54,042 nt of DNA from Candidatus Melainabacteria bacterium. Lineage in GTDB: Bacteria > Vulcanimicrobiota > JABDET01. The notes below the pieces were generated by a model, which was not told where the DNA came from, did no database searches, and saw only the letters and a list, made by a program, of their open reading frames with translations. The stretch covers positions 1 to 54,042 of the forward strand of contig JABDET010000003.1 of the NCBI GenBank assembly GCA_013286945.1, written 5' to 3'. The first letter of the stretch is position 1. Every line of letters begins with the position of its first letter. A program made the position numbers and the translations under genes. Below are positions 20,462 through 29,799 of this stretch, piece by piece.

Positions 20462-20918
20462 TTCCCAAGATCAAAATGACGATTTGATGGCTTCCATCAA
20501 TATTACTCCGTTAACCGATGTCCTGCTTGTCCTTCTGATCATTTTCATGATTACGGCGGGAGCCATTCAAAGAGACCGAATTAAAATTCCCACCACCCAC
20601 TACAAAGACAAAGCAAACGAAACAGACCTGGTGGTTTCCATCGGAAGAGACAAAGGCATTTTTGTAGGAGCAAAGCCCGTTGAATTCACGAACCTCGAAG
20701 CCTATCTTGAAAAGCTGGCCAAAGAATTCCCGCTTGATGCAGACGGAAAACACCCCCACAAGATCATCATCAAGTGCGACAAGGATGCACCCTACGGGAT
20801 TGTCGCCGGTGTGATGGACAGTGCCAAGCTAGCCGGATTTACCGATATCTCCCTCGCCACAAAACCGTTAGAAGAAGTAAAAAAAGAGAAAGAAAATGCA
20901 AAACAAAACCGATCGTAA
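20454..20918 (+). CDS. exbD: Biopolymer transport protein ExbD/TolR
   Basis: INITPLTDVLLVLLIIFMI; DKDAPYG. Confidence 0.9.
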   Translation: MAISQDQNDDLMASINITPLTDVLLVLLIIFMITAGAIQRDRIKIPTTHYKDKANETDLVVSIGRDKGIFVGAKPVEFTNLEAYLEKLAKEFPLDADGKHPHKIIIKCDKDAPYGIVAGVMDSAKLAGFTDISLATKPLEEVKKEKENAKQNRS

Positions 20919-22134
20919 AGCCTTGACTTACCTCTTGTTTGCTTTCTTAATTTCTTTCACCCCCATTTTCACGTTTTCAGCAAAGAAGTCTTCTCCCCAG
21001 ACTATCCACGCTCGAGTGCTGGAACAAGAAAAGCTTGGAGAACAATTCATGAAGGAAGAGCGTTGGGCTGAAGCCAAAAAGGCGTATCTCCAACTCACGA
21101 AGCTCGACCCGAAAAATTCCAGTGGTTGGATTCTTTTGGGAGATGCCGAGCTCGAGATGAAAGAATTCCCTCTGGCTAAAGAAGATTATCAAGAAGCGGT
21201 TCTACTTTCCCCCAACGAGCCCCGTGCCAATGCCGGATTAGCCAAATCTTATTTGCTCTTGGGCGAACGAGAAGAAGCGCTTCCTTACTATAAGAAAAGC
21301 TTGGAGACAAACCCTGAGGACCTGTCGCTTAATGAAGCCATCGGAAATTTGTTGCTCGATTTAAAACACAGCAAGGAAGCGCTTCCTTACCTAGAAAAAG
21401 CAAGAAAGCTCGATCCACACAATGTGGCCGTGCTGCAAAATCTTGGATTTCTTTATTATGAAGGTCAGGACTACGAAAAGTCAGTGGAGGTGTATCAAGA
21501 AACCATTAAGCTTCTTCCCGAAAATGCAAGCCTCTACGCCAACCTCGGAGCAGCCCTTTCAAACGCTGGAAAGACGAAGGAAGCCATCGACGCGTTAGAA
21601 AAGGGAATTAAGCTCGATCCAAAAAACGCGGCAGCTCATTCGACCTTGGGTTGGTCCTACCTCAAAGAAAAAAACTTTGCGGAGGCAATCTCTTCCTTTC
21701 AAAACGCCCTTCTTCTTTTTCAATCAGCCCCTGCTTCCCCTGATCCGCTTGCTTACGCCTACTTAGGCCTGGGAATCGCGTTCATCCATGCTGGAAATCA
21801 AAAGGAAGGCCTCAATGCGCTTCTTAAAGCCTCGTCTGTTGCTTCCGAAAACACCACCATTCTTCTCTCACTGGCTGAAACGTATGAAAATTCAAGAATG
21901 ATCGACAAGGCGATTCCGGCCTACCAAAAAGTAGCCTCCTTGGATCCCTCACTTGCAGAACCCCACGAGCAACTCGGAAATCTTTATTACCACAAATCAG
22001 ATTACGCCAAGGCCAAACAAGAATGGGAATCCGCTCTCTCACTTTACGAAAAACAAAACAATCACGCTAAAGCCGATAAGGTACGAGGTTACTTGAGAAT
22101 TCTGGATCCGAACATGACACCTGAAGGAGGTTAG
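20896..22134 (+). CDS. Exported tetratricopeptide-repeat protein
   Basis: Signal or anchor sequence followed by many TPR motifs. Confidence 0.88.
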   Translation: MQNKTDRKALTYLLFAFLISFTPIFTFSAKKSSPQTIHARVLEQEKLGEQFMKEERWAEAKKAYLQLTKLDPKNSSGWILLGDAELEMKEFPLAKEDYQEAVLLSPNEPRANAGLAKSYLLLGEREEALPYYKKSLETNPEDLSLNEAIGNLLLDLKHSKEALPYLEKARKLDPHNVAVLQNLGFLYYEGQDYEKSVEVYQETIKLLPENASLYANLGAALSNAGKTKEAIDALEKGIKLDPKNAAAHSTLGWSYLKEKNFAEAISSFQNALLLFQSAPASPDPLAYAYLGLGIAFIHAGNQKEGLNALLKASSVASENTTILLSLAETYENSRMIDKAIPAYQKVASLDPSLAEPHEQLGNLYYHKSDYAKAKQEWESALSLYEKQNNHAKADKVRGYLRILDPNMTPEGG

Positions 22135-22141
22135 AAAGACC

Positions 22142-22822
22142 ATGAATTTAGAAGCACTCATGCAATACATGGACATTGGGGGGACGTTTGTGGTTTATGC
22201 CCTCATCGCTTGTTCAATCATTGTGGTAGCCATTTGCCTGGAACGTCTGTACGTGGTCATTCGATGTGGCATTGATGGGGAATGGCTCTTAAAGCAAACC
22301 GCGGTTTTTGTTTCTCATGATCGGCTGGATGACGCCATCCAGTTTTGTGACAAACGAAAATGGCTCCTGGCGCAAGTGTTTAAGATTGGTCTTTTTCGTT
22401 CCCATTGCAGCCGCGAAGACATTCTGGACGCGATGAGCGTTGGCATTTCTGATTCCACTCGCGTGCTTGAAGCCAACCTCTCGATTCTTGGCACGATTGC
22501 CGTGATTGCCCCGTTTGTCGGACTTTTCGGAACGGTTCTTGGAATCATCCAAGCCTTTAATGACATTGCCAAACATGGGAAAACAGGAATCGAAACGGTA
22601 GGGGCGGGTGTTGCCGAAGCCTTGGTGACCACCGCGGGGGGACTTTTTGTGGCCATTCTTGCGGTTGTGGCTTTTAACTTCTTTAAATCAAGAATCAAAC
22701 GGATGATTGGAGAAATTTCAGATTACGCCGCTCGCTTGGGCGAACTCTTGTTCTTCAAACAAGCCGGATTGCAGTTTCCTGCGGATCTCGGACTTCCGCA
22801 AAAGTCAGAAAAAGGGAACTAA
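22142..22822 (+). CDS. exbB: MotA/TolQ/ExbB proton channel protein
   Basis: APFVGLFGTVLGII, GVAEALVTTAGGL. Confidence 0.92.
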   Translation: MNLEALMQYMDIGGTFVVYALIACSIIVVAICLERLYVVIRCGIDGEWLLKQTAVFVSHDRLDDAIQFCDKRKWLLAQVFKIGLFRSHCSREDILDAMSVGISDSTRVLEANLSILGTIAVIAPFVGLFGTVLGIIQAFNDIAKHGKTGIETVGAGVAEALVTTAGGLFVAILAVVAFNFFKSRIKRMIGEISDYAARLGELLFFKQAGLQFPADLGLPQKSEKGN

Positions 22823-22833
22823 ATCCTTTAGCC

Positions 22834-23280
22834 ATGGCTGGACTTCGGCACCGGCGGCGTTTCGGGAAACTTCCAGAAGAAGAGGTGATGGCAGAAATCA
22901 ACATCACGCCACTCACCGATGTTCTTTTGGTTCTCCTCATTATTTTTCTGATTGCAGCAGCCGCAGGGGTCTTTGGGTTTAACTTTCGACTTCCCAAGGG
23001 AAGCCCCAAGCAATTTAAAAAAAGCCACTACAAAGGGGTCACGGTCACCATTCCAGCATGGGCCTCTGAAAAGCACGCCGTTTTTGTCGGCTCAAAGCTC
23101 ATCAACCTAGACATCCTCCCCAACTACCTCTACCAAGAACATTTGAAGAAAAATACGACTGAAATAGTGATGCGAATCGACCAAGCAGTCCCTTACGGGG
23201 TGGTTATCGAGGTCATGGATTCAGCAAAGACCGCAAGTCTTGACGACATTTCTTTCGCCGCGCCGGTGGAATCGAGGTAA
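22834..23280 (+). CDS. exbD: Biopolymer transport protein ExbD/TolR (second copy)
   Basis: EINITPLTDVLLVLLIIF; DQAVPYG. Confidence 0.9.
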   Translation: MAGLRHRRRFGKLPEEEVMAEINITPLTDVLLVLLIIFLIAAAAGVFGFNFRLPKGSPKQFKKSHYKGVTVTIPAWASEKHAVFVGSKLINLDILPNYLYQEHLKKNTTEIVMRIDQAVPYGVVIEVMDSAKTASLDDISFAAPVESR

Positions 23281-23288
23281 GGGTGTAA

Positions 23289-24059
23289 ATGGAAGCGTAC
23301 GCGGGGGCAAACGACAGCCTGCTTATCCCAAAACCAAAGCGGGTTTGGGAAGGCCATCTTTTTGCTTTTCTTATCATGGCCCTCTTTGCTCATGCGCTTA
23401 TCTATGCCTTCGTTCTCCGCTACGGAAAAGCGTTTCTACCAAAAAAGAGCTCGCTCATCAGTGTTCACCTGATCAAGGAATTGCCCCCTCCGGCCAAACC
23501 AAAGCTAAAACCCCCACCGCTTCCGAAGCTGAAACCGAGAGTAGCTGAATCGCATTCAAAAGCCGTGGCCCCCTTGCTTCATGTTGAGCAAGTCAAGTTT
23601 CACCAGAAGCCTGCAGAAGATAAGACCGCGGAAAGCAAATCAAACCTTGCACAAATCGACGAACCGAAAGGGGGAACCAAGATTGGAAATCCTGAAGGAA
23701 CTCCGGAAGGGAAAGGGCCTATCGAGAACACTGAAAAAGTCAAGATTCCCCCCCCCATCTCCCATCCGAGGCTGGTGCTCCCTGACCGAAAAGATCCGGC
23801 GGTTCTCGCCCGCTGTCAGCCCCCGTATCCTGACTCGGAGCGAGATCAAGGCATTGAAGGGACGGTCGTGTTGGTGGTAACGGTTGGAAAACGGGGAGAA
23901 GTCCTCGGGGTACAGGTCGCCCAAAGCTCGGGGAACTCAGCCCTGGACGAGGCCGCGGTTCAAAACGTGCGGCAGTGTTGGCGCTTTGCACCCGCCGTCC
24001 AGAACGGGGCCGCGGCGGATTCCCGAATCACCTTCCCTGTCGTCTTCAGGCTACAATAA
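23289..24059 (+). CDS. tonB: Energy transducer TonB
   Basis: N-terminal TM with His, Pro/Lys-rich linker, PPYP..GIEGTV..SSG..LDEAA..WRFAPA. Confidence 0.92.
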   Translation: MEAYAGANDSLLIPKPKRVWEGHLFAFLIMALFAHALIYAFVLRYGKAFLPKKSSLISVHLIKELPPPAKPKLKPPPLPKLKPRVAESHSKAVAPLLHVEQVKFHQKPAEDKTAESKSNLAQIDEPKGGTKIGNPEGTPEGKGPIENTEKVKIPPPISHPRLVLPDRKDPAVLARCQPPYPDSERDQGIEGTVVLVVTVGKRGEVLGVQVAQSSGNSALDEAAVQNVRQCWRFAPAVQNGAAADSRITFPVVFRLQ

Positions 24060-24544
24060 TGAAATTTCAAGTGCGTCTGGGTACCCTTGCTGACCTTCCT
24101 CTTATTCGCGAGCTGGTTCAAGAATGCGCCTTGGCGAGTGTCCCGGAGACCCGCAAAATAGCCCCAGCCTCGATTAACGCGATGGTCGACCTTGTCTTGG
24201 CTGAGCTAAAAAGGGTGTGGTCGACGGCCAGCTCTTTTAAGCTTCTTCTTCTCGAAGACACGTCTAACCGAAAAATCGTCGGCTATCTTTTTCTGTTGGT
24301 GAACCAACTAGAGGCAAGCACAGGTGAAAAACAAACGGTGGTTTCAGATATGGGAATCTCTCCAAGGTATCGGGGAAAGGTGCTTTGGAAGCTTCTTCTC
24401 GGAAAAGCAGAAGAACTAGCTAGAGAAAACAATGACGACTATCTCACTGGGATGATTACGGTCAGCAATAAAGCCTCCCTCGCTATTGCTGAGAAATGGG
24501 GGTTTCAAATCGAACGCTACCAAATGGCAAAGCCCCTGACTTGA
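24059..24544 (+). CDS. GNAT family N-acetyltransferase
   Basis: ISPRYRGKV motif A, SNKASL..KWGF; ATG overlaps the tonB stop (TAATG). Confidence 0.8.
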   Translation: MKFQVRLGTLADLPLIRELVQECALASVPETRKIAPASINAMVDLVLAELKRVWSTASSFKLLLLEDTSNRKIVGYLFLLVNQLEASTGEKQTVVSDMGISPRYRGKVLWKLLLGKAEELARENNDDYLTGMITVSNKASLAIAEKWGFQIERYQMAKPLT

Positions 24545-24551
24545 TTGTCAG

Positions 24552-24628
24552 TTTACAAAAGGTTAACAATTATGACTCAATTTGTTAATGCCAGGAGCTT
24601 TACAAGCGGGTTTCTGTCGTGATATATA
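24552..24628 (+). promoter_or_regulatory. 11-bp-period direct-repeat operator plus extended -10 promoter
   Basis: TTTACA (24552), TTAACA (24563), TTAATG (24585); TTTACA (24599) and TGaTATATA (24620-24628). Confidence 0.6.
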
Positions 24629-24675
24629 CGGTAGGCAATCGAAGCAAAGATGAATTCAAGAAGGAGGTTTTAAAA

Positions 24676-24972
24676 ATGACACCACCAATTGGAGCAGGCA
24701 TCGGCGTAGATCCGAATGTCCTAGCCGCCATGGGTTTTGCAACCCAACAGGCAACGAATTCGACTATCGCGGGGATGTTAGAATCAGGATTAACAGCTCA
24801 ACTCGGTACGGCCACGACAGCCCAAAAGGGGATTTCCGATCGAACATCATTGGCCGCACAAGTGCAGGCTACTACGATGCAAGAGTATTTGGGGTCACTT
24901 GGACAGGTTACGCAAATGACCGCAAAAGGTAACGAAAAAGTCAATCAAGGAAACACCACAAGCGCTGTATAA
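24676..24972 (+). CDS. Small Ala/Thr/Gln/Gly-rich hypothetical protein (98 aa)
   Basis: AAGGAGG RBS before ATG 24676; helical low-complexity composition. Confidence 0.8.
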   Translation: MTPPIGAGIGVDPNVLAAMGFATQQATNSTIAGMLESGLTAQLGTATTAQKGISDRTSLAAQVQATTMQEYLGSLGQVTQMTAKGNEKVNQGNTTSAV

Positions 24973-25147
24973 CCTCTGCCCAAAGTTCATCTTGGAGAGC
25001 TAAGCATACTCCGGTGAGCTTGTAGAGCTAGATTCTTCTCTGCCATCTCGAGAGGAGGGGGTTATAGGTGCTTTTTTGTTTTTCTCCGAAGGCTTCCTCT
25101 TTCTTGACCTGTCATCTATTTTCCTAGAACATATTCCCGTCAAAAAC

Positions 25148-25225
25148 TTTACAAATTGTTAACGAATGCTTCACATCTTATTTACAATTCCCCCTTTACG
25201 AAACCCATTCAGGACGTGATATTGT
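25148..25225 (+). promoter_or_regulatory. Four-hexamer 11-bp-period operator plus extended -10
   Basis: TTTACA 25148, TTAACG 25159, TTCACA 25170, TTTACA 25181; TGaTATTGT at 25217-25225. Confidence 0.7.
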
Positions 25226-25282
25226 TAATAAAATGAAAACAATTTGTACAGCTGTTAAACGCATGAAGGAGGTCCACGCACC

Positions 25283-25588
25283 ATGGGCGGAATTCTAACA
25301 AGCCTCTTAGGAATTGGTGGAGGGCTTTTCGGAAGCACAGGAGTTCAGGCTGCTTCTGCTTATGCTTCAAGTGCAGCCACCGAGTCTCTGATTGCAGGCC
25401 AACAACAATCAGCGCAGACAATCAAAACCGCAAGAATGGCCACCCAGTACAAGTTACAGACTGATGCCAAGGCGACCACGGCATTGGCCATTGCCAGTCA
25501 GAAATACACCCAAACGGCCGCAGCAGCCAAGGAAATGACTCTCTATCGTCAGGCCTCTAAATCTTGGGCCGATATTCTGGGATCTTAA
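25283..25588 (+). CDS. Small Ala/Gly/Ser/Thr-rich hypothetical protein (101 aa)
   Basis: AAGGAGGT RBS; glycine-rich hydrophobic N-terminus and amphipathic C-terminus. Confidence 0.8.
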   Translation: MGGILTSLLGIGGGLFGSTGVQAASAYASSAATESLIAGQQQSAQTIKTARMATQYKLQTDAKATTALAIASQKYTQTAAAAKEMTLYRQASKSWADILGS

Positions 25589-25662
25589 ATTTCCGCAGCC
25601 GTTTCGAGAGATAGCGTCAAGTTGGGACGAGGAAGCATTCAATTTTTCCCGAAACTAGCCGC

Positions 25663-26367
25663 GTGCAGAATAATAAGGACAAGCTTATCCTGGCTTTAGA
25701 TACACCCGATTCCAAAACAGCCTTTAAACTCCTCCCTCCTCTTGAAGGCCTTATTCATAACGTCAAAGTCGGTCCAGGACTCTTCATTCAAGAAGGCCCA
25801 AAATTGATCGAAAAACTCCACAAGAAAGGCTATCGTGTATTTCTGGATCTGAAACTTCACGACATCCCAAACACGGTTCGCTTAGGGGTCAAAGGGGCCA
25901 AAAAACTTGGGGTTTGGATGCTCTCAGTTCATCTTTTGGGGGGAGAGAGAATGCTGAGAGAAGCCCTTGGAGAAGCAGAAGGAAATCCATTCTTGGTCGG
26001 AATTACGGTCTTGACAAGTTTGAATGGCGAGGATCTTAACCAAATGGGGGTTGGCCGTTCCCCCAAAGAGCAGGTGGGTCTGCTGGCGCAAATGGCCAAG
26101 CAAGTGGGTTTAAATGGTGTGGTGGCTTCTCCTCAAGAAACCGCCATGCTTCGCGCAAAACTGGGCCCGAAGTTTATCCTAGTCACTCCCGGAATACGTC
26201 TTCCTGAATCATCAAAGGATGATCAGGAACGGACCCTTTCCCCCCTCGACGCTCTGAAAGCTGGGGCCGATTACCTGGTCATCGGTCGACCGATTCTGGA
26301 AGCTCCAGATCCAAAGCAATCCCTCCTCTCGATTCTTGGCTCAATCGAAGAAACGAAAAAATCATAG
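25663..26367 (+). CDS. pyrF: Orotidine-5'-phosphate decarboxylase
   Basis: FLDLKLHDIPNTV, VTPGIR, DDQER, VIGRPI. Confidence 0.97.
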   Translation: MQNNKDKLILALDTPDSKTAFKLLPPLEGLIHNVKVGPGLFIQEGPKLIEKLHKKGYRVFLDLKLHDIPNTVRLGVKGAKKLGVWMLSVHLLGGERMLREALGEAEGNPFLVGITVLTSLNGEDLNQMGVGRSPKEQVGLLAQMAKQVGLNGVVASPQETAMLRAKLGPKFILVTPGIRLPESSKDDQERTLSPLDALKAGADYLVIGRPILEAPDPKQSLLSILGSIEETKKS

Positions 26368-26412
26368 CACGTGCCACACAATCATTCTAACAAGACCGCC
26401 CTTGCCGAACTA

Positions 26413-26457
26413 TTTACATTTTGTTCATACTTGTCCAATCCTAACTGTGGGTATACT
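26413..26457 (+). promoter_or_regulatory. Direct-repeat box and -10 upstream of the ankyrin gene
   Basis: TTTACA 26413, TTCATA 26424; TATACT 26452-26457. Confidence 0.45.
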
Positions 26458-26495
26458 CATCATGTGCGCAGTCATCACTTAGGGGGAACCAAGAC

Positions 26496-27953
26496 TTGAA
26501 GATCCATTTTCATCCTACAAGCTCCTCCGGAGGGCCTCCTCGTAAAAAGGGAAACTTGTTCCTGGACGCCCTAGCACAAATTCGGCGCGCAGACGCGAAA
26601 GCTGAAATTGGACCGACCCCGAAAAACAATAAGTCATTGCTGAATGCTGCCAAAAAAGGGGATCTGGTTGAACTTCATGTTGCTTTGCTTTCAGGAGCCT
26701 TTGTTGATGCTCGAGATAAACTACAAAACACTCCGCTGATTCTGGCGGCTTGGAAAGGACACACCGAAGTTGTTCGTTCTCTCCTTGAACATAAAGCAGA
26801 TCCGAATGCCCAAGAAACGATCGGCAACACGGCGCTTCAGTTTGCCACTTTCAAAGGGTATGCTAAGGTTGTCTGTTGTCTCCTTGAACATAACGCGGAT
26901 GCTAATGTCCAAAACCAGTATGGGGAAGTACCGCTAATCGTTGCGTCTGGCAAAGGACATGCTGAGGTTGTCCGTTCTCTCCTGCAGCATAATGCAAGTG
27001 TGAATGCCCTGGATCAGTATGGCAATACCCCTCTTATCCTTGCCTCTTCGGGAGGGCATACTGAGGTTGTCCATTCTCTTCTTCAGTATGGCGCCAAAGT
27101 TGATGCCAAAAACCAGTCTGGGAATACCGCGCTTATCGTTGCCGTCTGTCATGAACACACCGAAGTTGTTCGTTCTCTCCTTCAGCACAACGCCAATGTT
27201 AATGCCTGGAACAAGTGGGGCAACACCGCACTTATCATTGCTGCTACCGAAGGACACGTTTCTGTCACGGAGGTTCTTCTCGAAGGAGGGGCAAACCCAA
27301 GAATGACGGGTTTTCAAGGGATTACACCCCTAAGGGTTGCCACAGACGAGAGAATTATTCGGCTTTTACAAGAACGAGCGAATACGCTTGATCGAAGGCT
27401 GCTGGAGGCAGCTAAAAGCGGCGATGGTCAGAACCTGATTGCCGCCTTAGCCAGCGGCGCTGATGTCGAAGCTCGCGACGAACGCGGTTGGACTCCTCTG
27501 TGTGCCGCTTCAGCACGCGGGCATGAGCATGTTATCAAGTCATTATTGCAACTTGGAGCAAAGCTGAATGCTGAAGATACAGAGCTTAACTCGCCTCTCA
27601 TCTTGGCTGCATGGAACGGCAAATTAAATGCGGTAAAGATGCTGGTGGCCCGGGGTGCGGCTTCCGATGATTTCACTGCCATTTTTGCAAAAGGAGTCAG
27701 TATAAATCATCAAAACCGGGCTGGTATGACTGCTTTGCATTGTGCCGCCCAAAACGGATTCTCTGAAATCGCGGGAGTGCTTCTCGACCACAACGCGAGT
27801 CATGGACTCGAGGACACGAATGGTAACTTTCCTCTGGCACTGGCGATTCAGAATCAACACCCAGACGTCGAAGCCGTGCTCCGGAGACGGGGAGCTCCCG
27901 AAAAAAGAGGCTCCCCTCGGGACGATTTCGGAGGTTCTGGCTTTTCTTCGTAA
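26496..27953 (+). CDS. Ankyrin-repeat protein
   Basis: About 10-12 repeats of G.TPL..A...GH.EVV..LL..GA.VN; tandem ~99-bp nucleotide similarity around 26730-27300. Confidence 0.93.
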   Translation: MKIHFHPTSSSGGPPRKKGNLFLDALAQIRRADAKAEIGPTPKNNKSLLNAAKKGDLVELHVALLSGAFVDARDKLQNTPLILAAWKGHTEVVRSLLEHKADPNAQETIGNTALQFATFKGYAKVVCCLLEHNADANVQNQYGEVPLIVASGKGHAEVVRSLLQHNASVNALDQYGNTPLILASSGGHTEVVHSLLQYGAKVDAKNQSGNTALIVAVCHEHTEVVRSLLQHNANVNAWNKWGNTALIIAATEGHVSVTEVLLEGGANPRMTGFQGITPLRVATDERIIRLLQERANTLDRRLLEAAKSGDGQNLIAALASGADVEARDERGWTPLCAASARGHEHVIKSLLQLGAKLNAEDTELNSPLILAAWNGKLNAVKMLVARGAASDDFTAIFAKGVSINHQNRAGMTALHCAAQNGFSEIAGVLLDHNASHGLEDTNGNFPLALAIQNQHPDVEAVLRRRGAPEKRGSPRDDFGGSGFSS

Positions 27954-27988
27954 ATCAGCTTTAATAAGCTTTCGATCTCTGGCCAAAT

Positions 27989-28055
27989 TTAACAAAGAGT
28001 TAACATTGTTTTCATGTCGGGCTCTAGTCAGGGGTGTGGGTCCAAGGTATATAAT
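27989..28055 (+). promoter_or_regulatory. Three-hexamer 11-bp-period operator plus TATAAT
   Basis: TTAACA 27989, TTAACA 28000, TTCATG 28011; TATAAT 28050-28055. Confidence 0.65.
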
Positions 28056-28089
28056 AGAAATAGAACAGAAAACGAGAGAAGGAGAACTC

Positions 28090-29010
28090 ATGAGTAGCGT
28101 TGGTCCGATCAATGATCCAAAACAGCCAAAATTAACTCCACACGATGCCTCAGCAAATCAGGGGAATATCGATGATTCTCGTGCTCGAGCTGCCGACACC
28201 TTACATGCTTCAATGGTGGACAGTGCCGAACAAGTCGGTCAAAGAGGGCAAAACGCTGCGCACCATACAGGTGCCGGTGCTGAACATAAAGTCGAGGCGG
28301 AACCTCTGCCACAAGAAACTTTTGATTATACCGCTCAGTACATCAAGAGCAAGATAGCCGAAGCAAGAGAACAGCTTGGTGTTGCGTTCGCCTATTTGTT
28401 TCTGGATCCAAAGCCAGTGTTTATTGAAAATGCACTTCAACAGGCTTTGGCCACATTTTTGCAAAATAAATCTACCCTGGTTGACGACCAAAAATTACCC
28501 ACGCATTACAAGAAAGATTTCATGAGAATATTGCAAGCACAATTGAAGGATGCGGTTAAGCTGGACGACCTGGAAAGGATGTTTGACGATGCGGTTCGAA
28601 AAGCCGCAGAAAAGCAGGGAAAAAAGCAACCCGTTTCCGGTCAAATGCTGGGGGCCGAGGATCTAGCAAAAGCCCAAGAAGTAATAGGCAACTTAGGCCC
28701 AGGCGAAGGACTGGAGGGTTACGGCAAGATCTCCAAAGGGATTCAAGACGTGGCTTTGGGTTCAGCGGAATCACAAGCTAACGTGTTCAAGCAACAGATA
28801 GGCGTACAGGCAGCGCTTGGGATGAACAGAAACATGTGGGAAATGATCACACTCATTCCGACTCACGCGGCTCACATCATGACCTTGGTGGGAAGCACTG
28901 CAAAACAGATCGTTGGAGATTTAGGTAGCTTGACGGCAGAATGGGTTAAAGGGACAGCCGAGTGGGTTCAGAAGCTTGGCAGAGGTCTTGCAACTCCTGC
29001 CGTTCAGTAA
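28090..29010 (+). CDS. Hypothetical helical protein (306 aa) with disordered N-terminus
   Basis: AAGGAG RBS before ATG 28090; the upstream extension in the ORF track overlaps the ankyrin gene and is likely spurious. Confidence 0.8.
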   Translation: MSSVGPINDPKQPKLTPHDASANQGNIDDSRARAADTLHASMVDSAEQVGQRGQNAAHHTGAGAEHKVEAEPLPQETFDYTAQYIKSKIAEAREQLGVAFAYLFLDPKPVFIENALQQALATFLQNKSTLVDDQKLPTHYKKDFMRILQAQLKDAVKLDDLERMFDDAVRKAAEKQGKKQPVSGQMLGAEDLAKAQEVIGNLGPGEGLEGYGKISKGIQDVALGSAESQANVFKQQIGVQAALGMNRNMWEMITLIPTHAAHIMTLVGSTAKQIVGDLGSLTAEWVKGTAEWVQKLGRGLATPAVQ

Positions 29011-29182
29011 ATTCATTTCCTCTCGATTTTATCCGATGGTTCCCGTTCTAAAGAATTTGCCAAAACTTCCCGAAGTCGCACTTGTCATTGCTGGGAAGCC
29101 CGGTTTGTTCAACTTGTTCAATAGGAAGCGGCCTGAGATCGTCTATTGGTGTTCCAGCTTAGTGTCAGAATCATAATCAGTA

Positions 29183-29218
29183 ATAAAAACGGAGCTGTCC
29201 ACTGCTGTACAGCTCCGT
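29183..29218 (-). terminator. Intrinsic terminator of the 29262..29714 gene
   Basis: 10-bp stem ACGGAGCTGT/ACAGCTCCGT followed by a T-run on the minus strand. Confidence 0.75.
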
Positions 29219-29261
29219 CTAGCTTCTCCAGTTAAGAACTGGTTAATGCATCGACTTATTA

Positions 29262-29714
29262 TTAGACAACTTTGATAGATCCAGTCCTGGAAATGGATGA
29301 TGACCATCCCCGCCAATATTGTCTGAGATCAATCTTGGAAACCAGTGCCCAGGCTCGCCTCTCAGCATCAGCCAATGACTCTTTCGAGGAAGGTCTAGAC
29401 CCTGGAAGCCTTTGCTCGAATCGAAAAGCTTGCGTTGACCATTCTGGATCGTGGCGTACTGCCGAATCGCCCCGGTTTGAAGGGTTCGCGACTGGAGTGA
29501 CCCACACTGGACTAAAACGGGTGTTTGCATTGCGGGTCTGGCTTGTAAGCCCTGTCCCATCGCCATTCATGTTCATTTCTGCTGCTGCAAAATTACCGCC
29601 AACGTGGCGAGCTGCACTGGGTGCTCTTCCATTCTCGTCTGCGGCTGCAACTCCAAGAAATGGATTTCTAGCCCCTACCCCTCCACGAATTACGCTTACT
29701 GCTTGCATACTCAA
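29262..29714 (-). CDS. Hypothetical protein (150 aa)
   Basis: GAAAGGAG RBS, downstream terminator, motif shared with the 30875 ORF. Confidence 0.7.
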   Translation of the reverse strand: MSMQAVSVIRGGVGARNPFLGVAAADENGRAPSAARHVGGNFAAAEMNMNGDGTGLTSQTRNANTRFSPVWVTPVANPSNRGDSAVRHDPEWSTQAFRFEQRLPGSRPSSKESLADAERRAWALVSKIDLRQYWRGWSSSISRTGSIKVV

Positions 29715-29799
29715 TTAGCTCCTTTCATTAGAAATGACGACACACGTATTTCTCAACATTAAGTCTAACCGAAATTGAAAGCAAGATCCACTAAGGGCA

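Noticed and set aside
23748-23756. C9 tract in tonB as a phase-variable site
   Set aside because: It is in frame and encodes PPP in a normally proline-rich linker.
26730-27300. ~99-bp tandem nucleotide repeats as a CRISPR-like or non-coding array
   Set aside because: They are in-frame ankyrin repeats with no repeat-spacer structure.
27742-28089. N-terminal extension of the 422-aa ORF
   Set aside because: It overlaps the ankyrin gene and the operator region; the RBS and promoter point to ATG 28090.
29272-29718. Plus-strand 148-aa ORF and minus-strand 29243..29566 ORF
   Set aside because: The RBS, terminator and shared motif all support the 29262..29714 minus frame instead.
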